64,000 nt of DNA from an uncultured Candidatus Saccharibacteria bacterium (GTDB lineage Bacteria > Patescibacteriota > Minisyncoccia > Phycocordibacterales > DAORIS01): contig CAZXUH010000002.1 of the NCBI GenBank assembly GCA_964644035.1, positions 756 to 64,755 on the forward strand. Reading direction: 5' to 3'. The notes beneath the pieces are model-generated. The model saw nothing but the letters and a program-made list of their open reading frames with translations. It had not been told where the DNA came from and did not search any database. Positions 39,422-48,903 of the stretch are shown piece by piece (position 1 is the stretch's first letter; the number at the start of each line of letters is the position of its first letter). The position numbers and the translations under genes are program-made.

Positions 39422-41822
39422 AGGTAAAAAAGAAACATCAACAAAAAAACGTCTTGTATTGCTCGACTCGCATGCAATTTTGCACCGAGCGTATCATGCA
39501 TTGCCAGATTTTTCTTCGAGCAAGGGCGAACCGACTGGGGGACTCTATGGTCTAGTAACGATGCTTATCAATATTGTCGATCAGCTCAATCCTGATTATG
39601 TTGTAGCGTGTTTTGATTTACCCAAGCCAACATATCGTCACGAAGCATACAAAGACTATAAAGCTGGCAGAGCAAAGACCGACGAAGCGCTTATTGCACA
39701 GATCGTACGATCTCGCGATGTGTTCAAAGCTTTTTCTATTCCTATATATGAAAAAGAAGGTTTTGAAGCCGATGATATGCTTGGAACGATTGCTGAATGT
39801 CTGAAGAAAGATAAGACGATAGATATTGTCATTGCTTCGGGTGATATGGATACGTTGCAGCTTATCGATGATAAAAGAGTCCAGGTCTATACGCTCAAAA
39901 AAGGTATTAAAGATACTATTTTATATGACGAGGATGGTGTAAAGAATCGATTTGGTTTTGGTCCTGAACTTTTGCCGGATTATAAAGGTCTTCGAGGTGA
40001 TCCATCGGACAATATTATAGGTATCAAGGGTATAGGGGAAAAGACTGCTACAGAGCTCATCACAAACTTTGGCTCTATCGAAGAAATATATAAAGCCTTA
40101 AAGAAAAATAAAGAGCAATTCAAGAAAGCAGGCTTTACCGATAGAATTATTACACTTATAGAAGATGGAGAGGAAGAAGCGCTCTTCTCAAAAATGCTGG
40201 CCACAATACGGAGGGATGCGCCTATTGATTTTGAATTACCAGAAAAAACATGGAGAAAAACGATAGATATGCAGCATGTCACGGATTTGTTCAAAGAATT
40301 GGAGTTTAAAACATTGGGAATACGGGTTAAAGAGTTGCTTGGGCTGACTGATGCATTTGGTGACGAGATTTCTTCAGATGAAAAAGCTGGTGAAACCAAG
40401 GAAGAAGAGGTTCCAGTCAATTTTGATCCTATGGTATTGAGAAAAGCTCAAATAGCACTTTGGGTACTCGATTCCAATTTTACCAATCCAACCGCAGAGG
40501 ATGTATCAAATCATACTGGTACAAAAGATCCAGCAAAATCTTTGGAAATGCTTGAGAAGCAAATAGCAGAGAAGAAACTGACACATGTCTATGAAGATAT
40601 TGAGTTGCCACTTATACCTGCACTCGATGCTATGCATGATAAAGGTATAAAAATAGATACTGCATATCTCAATGATTTGTCGAAGAAGTATCATACCGAA
40701 CTTGATTCTTTGGAAAAGAAAATATACAAAGCTGCCGGAGAAGAATTTAATATCAATTCTCCGAAGCAGCTTGGAGTGGTGTTGTTTGAAAAACTTAGTT
40801 TGAAGGCTAAGAATCAGAAGAAGACCGCGGGCGGAGCACTTTCGACGAGGGAATCGGAACTTGAAAAGCTCAAGGACGTGCATCCGATCATTCCTTTTAT
40901 CTTATCTTATAGAGAGCTGCAAAAACTTCTCTCTACGTATATAGATGTCATTCCGACTCTTATAGATGAAAAAGATAAGCGTTTGCATACAACATTTATA
41001 CAAACTGGTTCGACAACTGGTCGCATGGCCTCACACAATCCAAATCTTCAGAACATACCGATAAAGACCGAGCTGGGTCGGGCTATTAGGGGAGCGTTTG
41101 TCACAGAAAAGGGATGTGAGCTTGTAGAGTTTGATTATTCTCAGATCGAATTGCGCGTAGCAGCATTTCTTTCTAAAGATCAGAAGCTTATAGAGATTTT
41201 TAAATCGGGAAGAGATGTACATACAGAAGTTGCCGCACGTGTGTTCAAGGTGCCTTCGGAACAAGTTGACAAGGAAATGCGTCGCAAAGCCAAGGTGATC
41301 AACTTTGGTATTCTCTACGGCATGGGAGTCAATGCACTACGGGCAAATCTTGGAGGAGATCGAGCTGAAGCGCAGCAATTTTACAATGAATACTTTGCAA
41401 CCTTCACAGAATTGGCCGCATATCTACAAGCGGTGAAAGCCGACGTCCAACGCAAGGGTTATACTGAAACCTTTTTCGGTCGACGCAGGTATTTTAAGGG
41501 TATCAATTCTAAACTTCCATTTATAAAAGCCCAGGCTGAGCGTATGGCTATCAATGCTCCTATTCAAGGTACTGAATCTGACCTGATAAAAAAGGCCATG
41601 ATAGAGATCTATAAGAAATTCAAAGATAATAAAGATATTTTCTTACTCTTACAGATTCACGATTCGCTGATATTTGAAATAAAGAAAGAAAAGGTCAAAG
41701 AATATGCTGTTGAAGTGAAGAAAATAATGGAATCGGTCATGTCGCTCAAAGATACTGAAGGTGTACCGATCATTACTGATGCCCACAGCGGTATAAGTTG
41801 GGGTGAAATGAAGAAAATATGA
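39408..41822 (+). CDS. polA: DNA polymerase I
   Basis: 5'-3' exo (RAYHA, EADD, GDPSDNI) and family A motifs (DYSQIELR, RRKAKVINFGILYG, QIHD). Confidence 0.96.
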   Translation: MKKTEGKKETSTKKRLVLLDSHAILHRAYHALPDFSSSKGEPTGGLYGLVTMLINIVDQLNPDYVVACFDLPKPTYRHEAYKDYKAGRAKTDEALIAQIVRSRDVFKAFSIPIYEKEGFEADDMLGTIAECLKKDKTIDIVIASGDMDTLQLIDDKRVQVYTLKKGIKDTILYDEDGVKNRFGFGPELLPDYKGLRGDPSDNIIGIKGIGEKTATELITNFGSIEEIYKALKKNKEQFKKAGFTDRIITLIEDGEEEALFSKMLATIRRDAPIDFELPEKTWRKTIDMQHVTDLFKELEFKTLGIRVKELLGLTDAFGDEISSDEKAGETKEEEVPVNFDPMVLRKAQIALWVLDSNFTNPTAEDVSNHTGTKDPAKSLEMLEKQIAEKKLTHVYEDIELPLIPALDAMHDKGIKIDTAYLNDLSKKYHTELDSLEKKIYKAAGEEFNINSPKQLGVVLFEKLSLKAKNQKKTAGGALSTRESELEKLKDVHPIIPFILSYRELQKLLSTYIDVIPTLIDEKDKRLHTTFIQTGSTTGRMASHNPNLQNIPIKTELGRAIRGAFVTEKGCELVEFDYSQIELRVAAFLSKDQKLIEIFKSGRDVHTEVAARVFKVPSEQVDKEMRRKAKVINFGILYGMGVNALRANLGGDRAEAQQFYNEYFATFTELAAYLQAVKADVQRKGYTETFFGRRRYFKGINSKLPFIKAQAERMAINAPIQGTESDLIKKAMIEIYKKFKDNKDIFLLLQIHDSLIFEIKKEKVKEYAVEVKKIMESVMSLKDTEGVPIITDAHSGISWGEMKKI

Positions 41823-42526
41823 TTTACGTTTTTCACGGCACTGATGCATTAAAGCTTCGAAGCAAGGTCAGAGACCTGGTGTCGAGTTTGCTTAAGAAAA
41901 AGCCAGATGCTTTGCACATGCGTGTTACCGAAAGCGAGTGGAACGAGACTATTCTTCCTGAAACAATAGGTTCTCAAGGTCTTTTTTCTGAGAAATTTAT
42001 CGTTCAGCTTGATAATTTGCTTGATACCGATGCTAAAGAAGCAATTGTTGAGTCTTTGGCAGACATAAAATCTTCGCAGAATATTTTTGTATTGGTAGAA
42101 AATGAAATAGATGCTAAGACACTCAAACAACTTGAGAAATATGCTGAAAAGGTGCAGGAATTTGCTTCTGCAGTCGTCGAAGAAAAAGAACCGACACTCT
42201 TTGCTCTAGCCGATGCATTTGGCCGACGTGATAAGAAAATGCTCTGGGTTGAATATCAAAAAGCTCGAGAGAGGGAAGTAGCTTCTGAAGAAATACACGG
42301 TATGCTGTTTTGGCAGCTCAAATCGATGCTTATAGCAGGTAGGACCAATGCTACAGAGTCTGGTCTCAAACCTTTTGTATACAATAAATCAAAACAGTTT
42401 TCTAAAAACTTCAAACCAGAAGAACTACAAAAAATTTCAGGACAATTGGTATCTATGTATCATGATGCGCATAGGGGATTGGTAGATTTTGGGAATGCTT
42501 TGGAAGTATTCACACTAAGTGTTTAG
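41819..42526 (+). CDS. holA: DNA polymerase III delta subunit (short)
   Basis: MIYVFHG.D, SQGLF..K, F.LADAF..RD, G.KPFV..K. Confidence 0.7.
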   Translation: MIYVFHGTDALKLRSKVRDLVSSLLKKKPDALHMRVTESEWNETILPETIGSQGLFSEKFIVQLDNLLDTDAKEAIVESLADIKSSQNIFVLVENEIDAKTLKQLEKYAEKVQEFASAVVEEKEPTLFALADAFGRRDKKMLWVEYQKAREREVASEEIHGMLFWQLKSMLIAGRTNATESGLKPFVYNKSKQFSKNFKPEELQKISGQLVSMYHDAHRGLVDFGNALEVFTLSV

Positions 42527-42592
42527 TGTCTGTGTACTTTAGAGTTACCTCTCCTATTTATAGGAGGGGCTAGGGGTGGTATTATATTGGAT

Positions 42593-42994
42593 ATGTTAAA
42601 TCCATTCCCGCAATTGCTCGATTTTGCTCTTTTTGCACCACTTATTTTGCGCTTAGCAGCTGGTCTTATCATGATTGGCTTTGGTAAAGAGCATCTTAAG
42701 CGCGAGAGCAATTGGAAATCGTTTTTTGATGTCATTGGCTTGCGCCCAGCGGGATTGTATATCGGTATTATTGGTACACTCGAAATCATTGCTGGTGTAA
42801 TGCTAGTTGCTGGTCTCGGTACACAACTCGCAGCAATCTTTGCGAGCGTGATTGTAGCTGCAGCGACGGTCATTGAGTCTAAAAATGATCGTCTTCTCAA
42901 GCGTGATTTAGTTTTCTATATCCTTCTCTTGTGCGTGTGCTTATCACTTATTCTCTCTGGTGCTGGTATCCCAGCACTCGATTTGCCGCTGTAA
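42593..42994 (+). CDS. DoxX family membrane protein
   Basis: LRLAAG, E...G..L.AGL.TQ.AA, SGAG..ALD. Confidence 0.8.
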   Translation: MLNPFPQLLDFALFAPLILRLAAGLIMIGFGKEHLKRESNWKSFFDVIGLRPAGLYIGIIGTLEIIAGVMLVAGLGTQLAAIFASVIVAAATVIESKNDRLLKRDLVFYILLLCVCLSLILSGAGIPALDLPL

Positions 42995-43058
42995 TATCTG
43001 TACAGGGCTGGTTTTTCTGGTATTATCCATTTCACGGTAAGTTTCATTTACCATATAT

Positions 43059-43131
43059 GCACCCATAGCTCAGTCGGTAGAGCAGCTCCCTTTTAAGGAG
43101 ACGGTCGTAGGTTCGATTCCTACTGGGTGCA
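43059..43131 (+). tRNA. tRNA-Lys(TTT)
   Basis: GCACCCA/TGGGTGC acceptor, loop CTTTTAA, GGTTCGATTCC; no encoded CCA. Confidence 0.95.
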
Positions 43132-43146
43132 CACTTTATAAAAATA

Positions 43147-43178
43147 AAACCGCTAGGCCAAGGGGCGTAGCGGTTTTT
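43147..43178. terminator. Bidirectional terminator
   Basis: AAAACCGCTA...TAGCGGTTTTT. Confidence 0.65.
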
Positions 43179-43203
43179 GTTGTCGATTTGTGCGAGCAAC
43201 AAT

Positions 43204-43368
43204 TTAGCGGAAAAAGTAAAAAATAAAGCACGTAATAAGTACACCAGCAACGATACCCATACAAAACGCACCGATTACACTCAACCGAGCTTGTCCTTGC
43301 TCGTATTTGACCCACCGGTCTCTTTCTTCGATGATGTCCTGAACACTGCCGATTTGTGGTTTAGTCAT
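43204..43368 (-). CDS. 54-aa orphan membrane peptide (absent from ORF track)
   Basis: AAAGGAG SD; MTKPQIGSVQDIIEERDRWVKYEQGQARLSVIGAFCMGIVAGVLITCFIFYFFR. Confidence 0.6.
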   Translation of the reverse strand: MTKPQIGSVQDIIEERDRWVKYEQGQARLSVIGAFCMGIVAGVLITCFIFYFFR

Positions 43369-43379
43369 GACTGTCTCCT

Positions 43380-43637
43380 TTATGTGGTGTTTAAGTCTCG
43401 CTCGTGAGCAATTCGTCGACGACGAATCAGTTCGAGTTCGATTTTCTCCCGCTTTTCCGGAGGAAGAGAATGTGTATACTCTGGATTCGAGTCATAACAT
43501 GGATGGAACTCATCCTTTCGATTCCACAACCCTGACCATCGATGACGTAGGGCATTTGGCAATGAGCGGCAGAGTGTACGGTCAAACCAGTCCCAACACC
43601 AGATGAACGGATGCATGAGATATTTGAGAAATCGCAT
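43380..43637 (-). CDS. 85-aa orphan protein
   Basis: AAAAGGAG SD; middle gene of three-gene unit. Confidence 0.6.
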   Translation of the reverse strand: MRFLKYLMHPFIWCWDWFDRTLCRSLPNALRHRWSGLWNRKDEFHPCYDSNPEYTHSLPPEKREKIELELIRRRRIAHERDLNTT

Positions 43638-43652
43638 AAGTCTCCTTTTGGT

Positions 43653-43826
43653 TTAGTTCGAGATAATCCAAAGAATGTTTTCGGTGTTCGGATCAGTTTT
43701 ACGGGCGATGGCCCATAAGATAAAGAAAACCGCGGCAGCGCAAGCCATAAAAAGAATGACTCCTAAAATACCCATCCTTTCACACTTTTCGTCAGATCCG
43801 TTCGGATCGTTCTGTTTATTTTCCAC
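43653..43826 (-). CDS. 57-aa orphan membrane peptide (absent from ORF track)
   Basis: AAAGGAG SD before GTG; single TM GILGVILFMACAAAVFFILWAIA. Confidence 0.5.
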   Translation of the reverse strand: MENKQNDPNGSDEKCERMGILGVILFMACAAAVFFILWAIARKTDPNTENILWIISN

Positions 43827-43909
43827 CAAGACTCCTTTGTAAGAACTAGGTTCAAGTTAACGCTACACAATATTGATAAATCAGGCAATACGTGTAGATT
43901 TAGGTTTAT

Positions 43910-44380
43910 ATGATGCTAATCCTTCACGATATTCGCAGTGCGGAAAATGTGGGCTCTATATTTAGAACTTCTGATGCTTCAGGCATAACTAAAATATTTC
44001 TGACTGGGTATACACCAGCTCCACTCGATCGATTTAATAGAGAAAATAAAAAGATTGCTAAAACTGCACTTGGTGCTGAGAAAAGTATTGAATGGGAGAA
44101 AATCTCTGATGTATTTGAAGTAATAAAAAATCTAAAGAAAGAAAAAGTACACATATTGGCACTAGAACAGCATACAAAGTCTGTTGATTATAAAGAAATC
44201 AAAATAGATTTAAAAAATAATACTTTTGCGCTCATTGTTGGCAATGAAGTCGAGGGAATAGATAAAAATATTTTAAAAAAATGTGATCAGATTGTCGAAA
44301 TACCAATGAAAGGGGAGAAAGAGTCGCTCAATGTTGCTGTCGCGACAGGGATAGCGTTGTTTAGAATGCTGGGCGTCTAA
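43910..44380 (+). CDS. SpoU/TrmH RNA methyltransferase
   Basis: IRSAENVGSIFRT, VGNEVEG, IPMKG.KESLNVAVA. Confidence 0.92.
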   Translation: MMLILHDIRSAENVGSIFRTSDASGITKIFLTGYTPAPLDRFNRENKKIAKTALGAEKSIEWEKISDVFEVIKNLKKEKVHILALEQHTKSVDYKEIKIDLKNNTFALIVGNEVEGIDKNILKKCDQIVEIPMKGEKESLNVAVATGIALFRMLGV

Positions 44381-44405
44381 CCCCTCACCTCGAAGACAGA
44401 TTTGG

Positions 44406-45317
44406 TTAGTACAATATCTGGTGTGTGTCGCAGAAATGTCCACTGCGGCCACCTATCATTTTCCTCTGGATCGTCCCATTGCAACCCTTCTTAGTACATG
44501 GTTTCCCAGTTCTTCGATATGCATTGTGCCTGTGCTGAAATTTACCCCTCTCGCCATAGATATTGCGATAGTCTGAGTCCGAATCGCCGCCAAAATCAAT
44601 ACCTTTCTTGAGCACTACCTTCATAGCCTTAAAGAGCTTTTTATACTCACTCAAAGGCACTTTTGAAGGTTTGGAGAGCGGACTAATACCAGATTCCCAT
44701 AGCATTTCATCGGAATAGATATTGCCTATACCAGAAATGATATGTTGATCCATTAACACCTGTTTCATGGGTGTTTTTTGTTTTTTCTGCAGCCTTTCGA
44801 TCATTATTTTCTCTGTAAAATCACTTTTGAGCGGATCGGGACCCAAATGCATGAGGTCTTCTATCTTGTGTTCATCTTCAGTATTGAAAATAAATACTTT
44901 TGCGAATTTTCTAAGGTCTGAAAAGACAAGATGGTGTTTGTTGGAAAAAATAAATACCAAATGAATGTATTTATTGTACGGATCGAGCAGGGGACCGTCT
45001 TTTGCAACAGGTTTCCACTCTTTGTTTTTCAAAATATATTTACCATACATCAAATGGCCAGTCATTTTCATGTGAATGAGAACGGTTTTGTGATTGGAAA
45101 GGTGAATAAGAACATTTTTACCTTGTCTCGAAGCATGAGTGACCTTGGTATTTGCTACATCTTTTTTAAAAAGGGCAAAATACTTTGGATTTTTAATATT
45201 GTTTTTGCCGGCATGAAAACTACTGCCATAGTCAGTCCATACATCGTCTATTTTCAACCCTTTTATCTCGGCATTGATGCCGTCGACGGTTGTCTGCACC
45301 TCAGGTAATTCTGGCAT
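44406..45317 (-). CDS. mutM: Formamidopyrimidine-DNA glycosylase
   Basis: MPELPEV, HMKMTG, DLRKF, GIGNIYSDE, zinc finger. Confidence 0.96.
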   Translation of the reverse strand: MPELPEVQTTVDGINAEIKGLKIDDVWTDYGSSFHAGKNNIKNPKYFALFKKDVANTKVTHASRQGKNVLIHLSNHKTVLIHMKMTGHLMYGKYILKNKEWKPVAKDGPLLDPYNKYIHLVFIFSNKHHLVFSDLRKFAKVFIFNTEDEHKIEDLMHLGPDPLKSDFTEKIMIERLQKKQKTPMKQVLMDQHIISGIGNIYSDEMLWESGISPLSKPSKVPLSEYKKLFKAMKVVLKKGIDFGGDSDSDYRNIYGERGKFQHRHNAYRRTGKPCTKKGCNGTIQRKMIGGRSGHFCDTHQILY

Positions 45318-45326
45318 TGTATAAGG

Positions 45327-46595
45327 CTATTTTAGCTTTCCGAGTTCTTCTCTCGCTACATCTGCATCGCTCCAGAGCGTCTTTTTATTGTTCGCTTCCA
45401 TAATATATGGATCGGTACCTTTGCCGGTAATAAGTACGACAGTATTTTCAGGATTGAGGGCGATTTCTGCTTTGAGAAATGCTTTTCTAATAGCAGTTCT
45501 TCTATCCATCTCTACTTCATATGGCCGGCGACTGATTCCTGGTAACATTTCTTCAATAATTGCTCGTGGGTCTTCATCGTACGGATCTTCATTGGTCAAA
45601 ATGATTTCATCGCAGTATGTATCAGCAACTTTTGCCATTTCAGGACGTTTCCATTTATCTCTACCGCCTCCTGTATTGCCCAATATACAGATTTTCCTTC
45701 TACCTTCAAATGCTTGATAGAGTTTGGTGAGGGAATCGGACGTATGAGCGTAGTCGACAATGACTTCGAAGAGTTGTCCGGCCTTTATACTCTGAACACG
45801 GCCTGGAATCTCGGCAACTTTTTCAATACCGGCTTTAATATCTTTGTTTGCAATACCTAGAGCGTGAGCGCAGGTCGCTGCTGCTAAAATATTGTAAATA
45901 TTGAAGCGACCACGGATCTTTGGTCCGATCGACATCTCTTTGAAATGCATTTCAATATTGCCTTCATGGCTGACATTGAAAGGCGCAGCATCTTCTATGG
46001 TAAATGTGTTTCTTTTATCTATTTTGTGATTCAAAAATCTGTCTGCTTCTTTGTCCTCCATATTTACGATCAGAGCCTTGTCTTTCTTGGGGGAGCGTTC
46101 AAGTTCTTTGGCAATAGAGACCTTAGCTGCAACGTATTTTTCATATCCACCATGTGATTCTATATGTTCGGGGGAGAGATTGAGAAATACCAGCGCATTG
46201 AGACCTAGAAACTTATGTCGGTGTTGCTTGGCTGCTTCGGAACTTATTTCGACAATAGCGTGCGTGCAACCGTCTTTGACCGCTTGGCGTAGGAAATGCT
46301 GGAGAAAAAAACGTCCTGGTGTCGTCATTTTGAAAAGATTTCGTATCGTACGGTCACCAGTTTTGAAACGAATCGTATTTACGACAGCAGTTTTAAATCC
46401 TGCTGTTTCAAAAATAGAATTAATAATTTCCGTAGTGCTCGATTTGCCCTTGGTACCTGTTACTCCGATCACTACAAGCTTACGAGCAGGGAAGCGGTAG
46501 ATAATAGCTCCGAGGAGTGCCAAAATATAGTGATAGGTGGGTTGGAAAAAAGTAAATATTTTCTTTGGAATGATTTTTTTGAGGATAGTGAGCAT
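45327..46595 (-). CDS. murE: Mur ligase, MurE-like
   Basis: GVTGTKGKSST, EISSE, NLSPEHIESH, VDYAHT, GGGRDKWKR; NEDPY at the specificity motif. Confidence 0.85.
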   Translation of the reverse strand: MLTILKKIIPKKIFTFFQPTYHYILALLGAIIYRFPARKLVVIGVTGTKGKSSTTEIINSIFETAGFKTAVVNTIRFKTGDRTIRNLFKMTTPGRFFLQHFLRQAVKDGCTHAIVEISSEAAKQHRHKFLGLNALVFLNLSPEHIESHGGYEKYVAAKVSIAKELERSPKKDKALIVNMEDKEADRFLNHKIDKRNTFTIEDAAPFNVSHEGNIEMHFKEMSIGPKIRGRFNIYNILAAATCAHALGIANKDIKAGIEKVAEIPGRVQSIKAGQLFEVIVDYAHTSDSLTKLYQAFEGRRKICILGNTGGGRDKWKRPEMAKVADTYCDEIILTNEDPYDEDPRAIIEEMLPGISRRPYEVEMDRRTAIRKAFLKAEIALNPENTVVLITGKGTDPYIMEANNKKTLWSDADVAREELGKLK

Positions 46596-46604
46596 GAATA
46601 AATA

Positions 46605-47177
46605 TTATTTTTTACTTAGAAAACCTAACGCACTCTTGATTTGCTTCTCAGCGCTCTCTTTATTGTCGAGTTTCTTCAATACATTCCTAATATCCTGTTC
46701 TCTGTATCCAAGCATGGTTAAGGCATCGATAACATCGTGACCATCTTGGCCAAGAGTCTGTTTTTCTATATCAGCTATACCGTCGATCTTGCCAGAGAGT
46801 TCAAATACAATCTTCTCTGCTGTCTTTTTGCCTATACCTGATATTTTGGTGAGGTATCCTGGATCGCCTGAAACAATGCCTTGTTTGAGAGTTTCAACAC
46901 TAGCTATGTTCATAACACCAAGGCCAGTCTTAGGACCTATACCCGAGACGGTGATAAGGATCTTGAAGAAGGCGAGGTCCTCTTTGTCCAAAAAGCCATA
47001 TAAGTCTTGACTGTCTTCACGGAATGCGTGATGGGTCCAGAGGACAATAGGTTGATCGATCTTGATTTTTTTGAGATTTTCACCAGTAGTCCACACCATA
47101 TACGCAAGTCCTCCACAGTCAATCAACAATGAATCCCCAGTTTTATCCACAAGTTTTCCAGATACTCTTCGAATCAT
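46605..47177 (-). CDS. ruvA: Holliday junction DNA-binding protein RuvA
   Basis: RED...LYGF, VSGIGPK, ISGIGKKTAEKI, DALTMLGY. Confidence 0.95.
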   Translation of the reverse strand: MIRRVSGKLVDKTGDSLLIDCGGLAYMVWTTGENLKKIKIDQPIVLWTHHAFREDSQDLYGFLDKEDLAFFKILITVSGIGPKTGLGVMNIASVETLKQGIVSGDPGYLTKISGIGKKTAEKIVFELSGKIDGIADIEKQTLGQDGHDVIDALTMLGYREQDIRNVLKKLDNKESAEKQIKSALGFLSKK

Positions 47178-47249
47178 GTGCTCATCATAACATCTGTAAT
47201 ACCCTTGAGTATCCTTGTCTTTTTAAAAAACATGATGTAGTATTCGGCC

Positions 47250-47519
47250 ATGCCAATCACATCTTCAGCAAAAAAGGCTCTCCGCGCGTCAAAGCGAAAG
47301 CGCGTATTCAATCTTAACCGAAAGAATACAATGCTTAATGCGATCAAAATGATCAAGAAGCTCGTATCTGATAAAAACGTAAAGGAGGCTGAAAAATATC
47401 TCGTCCTTGCATACAAAGCCATCGACAAGGCTGCAAAGACGAGCTTTATTAAGAAAAACAATGCATCTCGCAAGAAATCTCGTCTTGCAAAGATGGTCGC
47501 CAAGGCTTCGAAGAAATAG
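47250..47519 (+). CDS. rpsT: 30S ribosomal protein S20
   Basis: MPITSSAKKALR...IDKAAK..IKKNNASRKKSRL. Confidence 0.97.
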   Translation: MPITSSAKKALRASKRKRVFNLNRKNTMLNAIKMIKKLVSDKNVKEAEKYLVLAYKAIDKAAKTSFIKKNNASRKKSRLAKMVAKASKK

Positions 47520-47558
47520 ATTAAAAGAAAACACCCCGCATTTATGTGCAGGGAGTGT

Positions 47559-48145
47559 TTTTGATTATATAAAAAAGCCGCCAACTTATGGCGGCTTGTT
47601 CGATGGAAACCTACTTTAAAGTCGTACTGAGTTGCTCGATGATCTGGTCGATGATTGCTTCTGGATTGAGTGTTTCATTGCGATTATGAGTAGGAAGATT
47701 TTCTATTTCTATGAGCCCACGCGCTTGTTCGTTTAGAGTGATTTCAATATACTTTCTCCCTTTGTCCGTAATTTTGATGAGCGTTCCACCATTTGGTGCA
47801 CCAGATTCTCTGGCGATAAGTCCCTGGCTTACAAGCTTTTCTGTTATTTTTTGAACTTGGGATGTACTTATGTGAACCAGATCGGCACAGATAACCTGAG
47901 AAAGAACTCCTTTTTCAGAATAAAAAAGTCGAGCGAGAATAAGAAACTTCCTTTCTTGTGTGAGATCGAGTCTTCGGGTCTGAATTCCTTGAAGCTTTAA
48001 CAGGGTTTCAAGTAAGACAATCTTTTTTGAGAAAGCGGTCATAGTAATCCTTCTGTTGGTAGGTATATGGATTTGTCCGGAGTAAATACTACATAAGAGG
48101 GTCATAAAGTAAAGGTATTAGTTTTGATTACATAAAAAAGCCACC
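47559..48145. repeat. 24-bp imperfect direct repeat bracketing the MarR-like gene
   Basis: TTTTGATTATATAAAAAAGCCGCC (47559-47582) vs TTTTGATTACATAAAAAAGCCACC (48122-48145). Confidence 0.7.
47611..48042 (-). CDS. MarR-like winged-helix protein
   Basis: LSQ..CA....S.SQV....EKLVSQGLI.R...I.ITDKG; AAGGA SD before ATG 48042. Confidence 0.7.
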   Translation of the reverse strand: MTAFSKKIVLLETLLKLQGIQTRRLDLTQERKFLILARLFYSEKGVLSQVICADLVHISTSQVQKITEKLVSQGLIARESGAPNGGTLIKITDKGRKYIEITLNEQARGLIEIENLPTHNRNETLNPEAIIDQIIEQLSTTLK

Positions 48146-48182
48146 GAGAGTTCGGTGGCGTAAAATACGAGTAGTGATGCTA

Positions 48183-48362
48183 TCAGTTCACTAGAATTCG
48201 TGACAAGCTCGAATTCTCCCTCCATTTTCGCATTGCTTTGCTGTAGTGGGCGATCCTGGTCGGTTTATGATTTCCTTTCTTGATCTTGGTGAGATCAAGA
48301 CGGTAATCAGCGGAACCATTTGGATTGGTTCCAACTTTTACAATTCCGTTAGCGTAAGACAT
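48183..48362 (-). CDS. 59-aa basic orphan protein (absent from ORF track)
   Basis: AAAGGA SD; MSYANGIVKVGTNPNGSADYRLDLTKIKKG...; followed by terminator. Confidence 0.5.
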   Translation of the reverse strand: MSYANGIVKVGTNPNGSADYRLDLTKIKKGNHKPTRIAHYSKAMRKWRENSSLSRILVN

Positions 48363-48388
48363 GAGTTACATCCTTTCGAAAAAAAGAT

Positions 48389-48709
48389 CTAACGAATGAC
48401 TGCATTCCAGTCGTATCCGCAGTCGCTACAGTGGAGGGGACAGGTGCCTTCTTCAGGTGGACCGGCTGTTTGCCATGATTTTTGACCACATTGAGGACAT
48501 TTTGTACCGGATTTTTCCAGTCTGATCCTCAGCATGCAGGTGTTTATGACCATGGCGATGATAACCACCAGTCCGAGTGTTCCTGAGCAAAGTACGACTT
48601 TGCTATTGAGGTTCATTTTTCCGCTTGCCCAATATACAAAAGAGACAAGGACCACGACCAAAAGAATGAACTTAAGTTCAGACTTGATCGACTTCAGAAT
48701 TGTTTTCAT
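48389..48709 (-). CDS. Two-TM orphan protein with C-terminal zinc ribbon
   Basis: CPQC and CSDC; SD and own promoter. Confidence 0.65.
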   Translation of the reverse strand: MKTILKSIKSELKFILLVVVLVSFVYWASGKMNLNSKVVLCSGTLGLVVIIAMVINTCMLRIRLEKSGTKCPQCGQKSWQTAGPPEEGTCPLHCSDCGYDWNAVIR

Positions 48710-48775
48710 AGAGAACCTACCTTTCTGGTCAAAAGGTTAGCATGAAAACAGGGGAAAACAAGCGCTATTTCTTTG

Positions 48776-48847
48776 TCCCCCCGTTAGGAATCGAACCTAA
48801 ATTTAGAGATCCGCAATCTCTTGTCCTATCCATTGAACGACGAGGAG
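48776..48847 (-). tRNA. tRNA-Arg(GCG)
   Basis: Anticodon arm AGAGA-TTGCGGA-TCTCT, T arm TTAGG-TTCGATT-CCTAA. Confidence 0.88.
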
Positions 48848-48903
48848 TGTACGTCGAAAGACTAGCATATTTTATATTTTTTCCAAAACAAAACGTCTGA
48901 AAC

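Noticed and set aside
43044-43606. Track ORFs 43044-43271, 43177-43407 and 43367-43606
   Set aside because: They overlap tRNA-Lys or are antisense to SD-led minus-strand ORFs
47143-47151. Perfect DnaA box in the ruvA 5' end
   Set aside because: Single copy within coding sequence and could be chance; no supporting cluster
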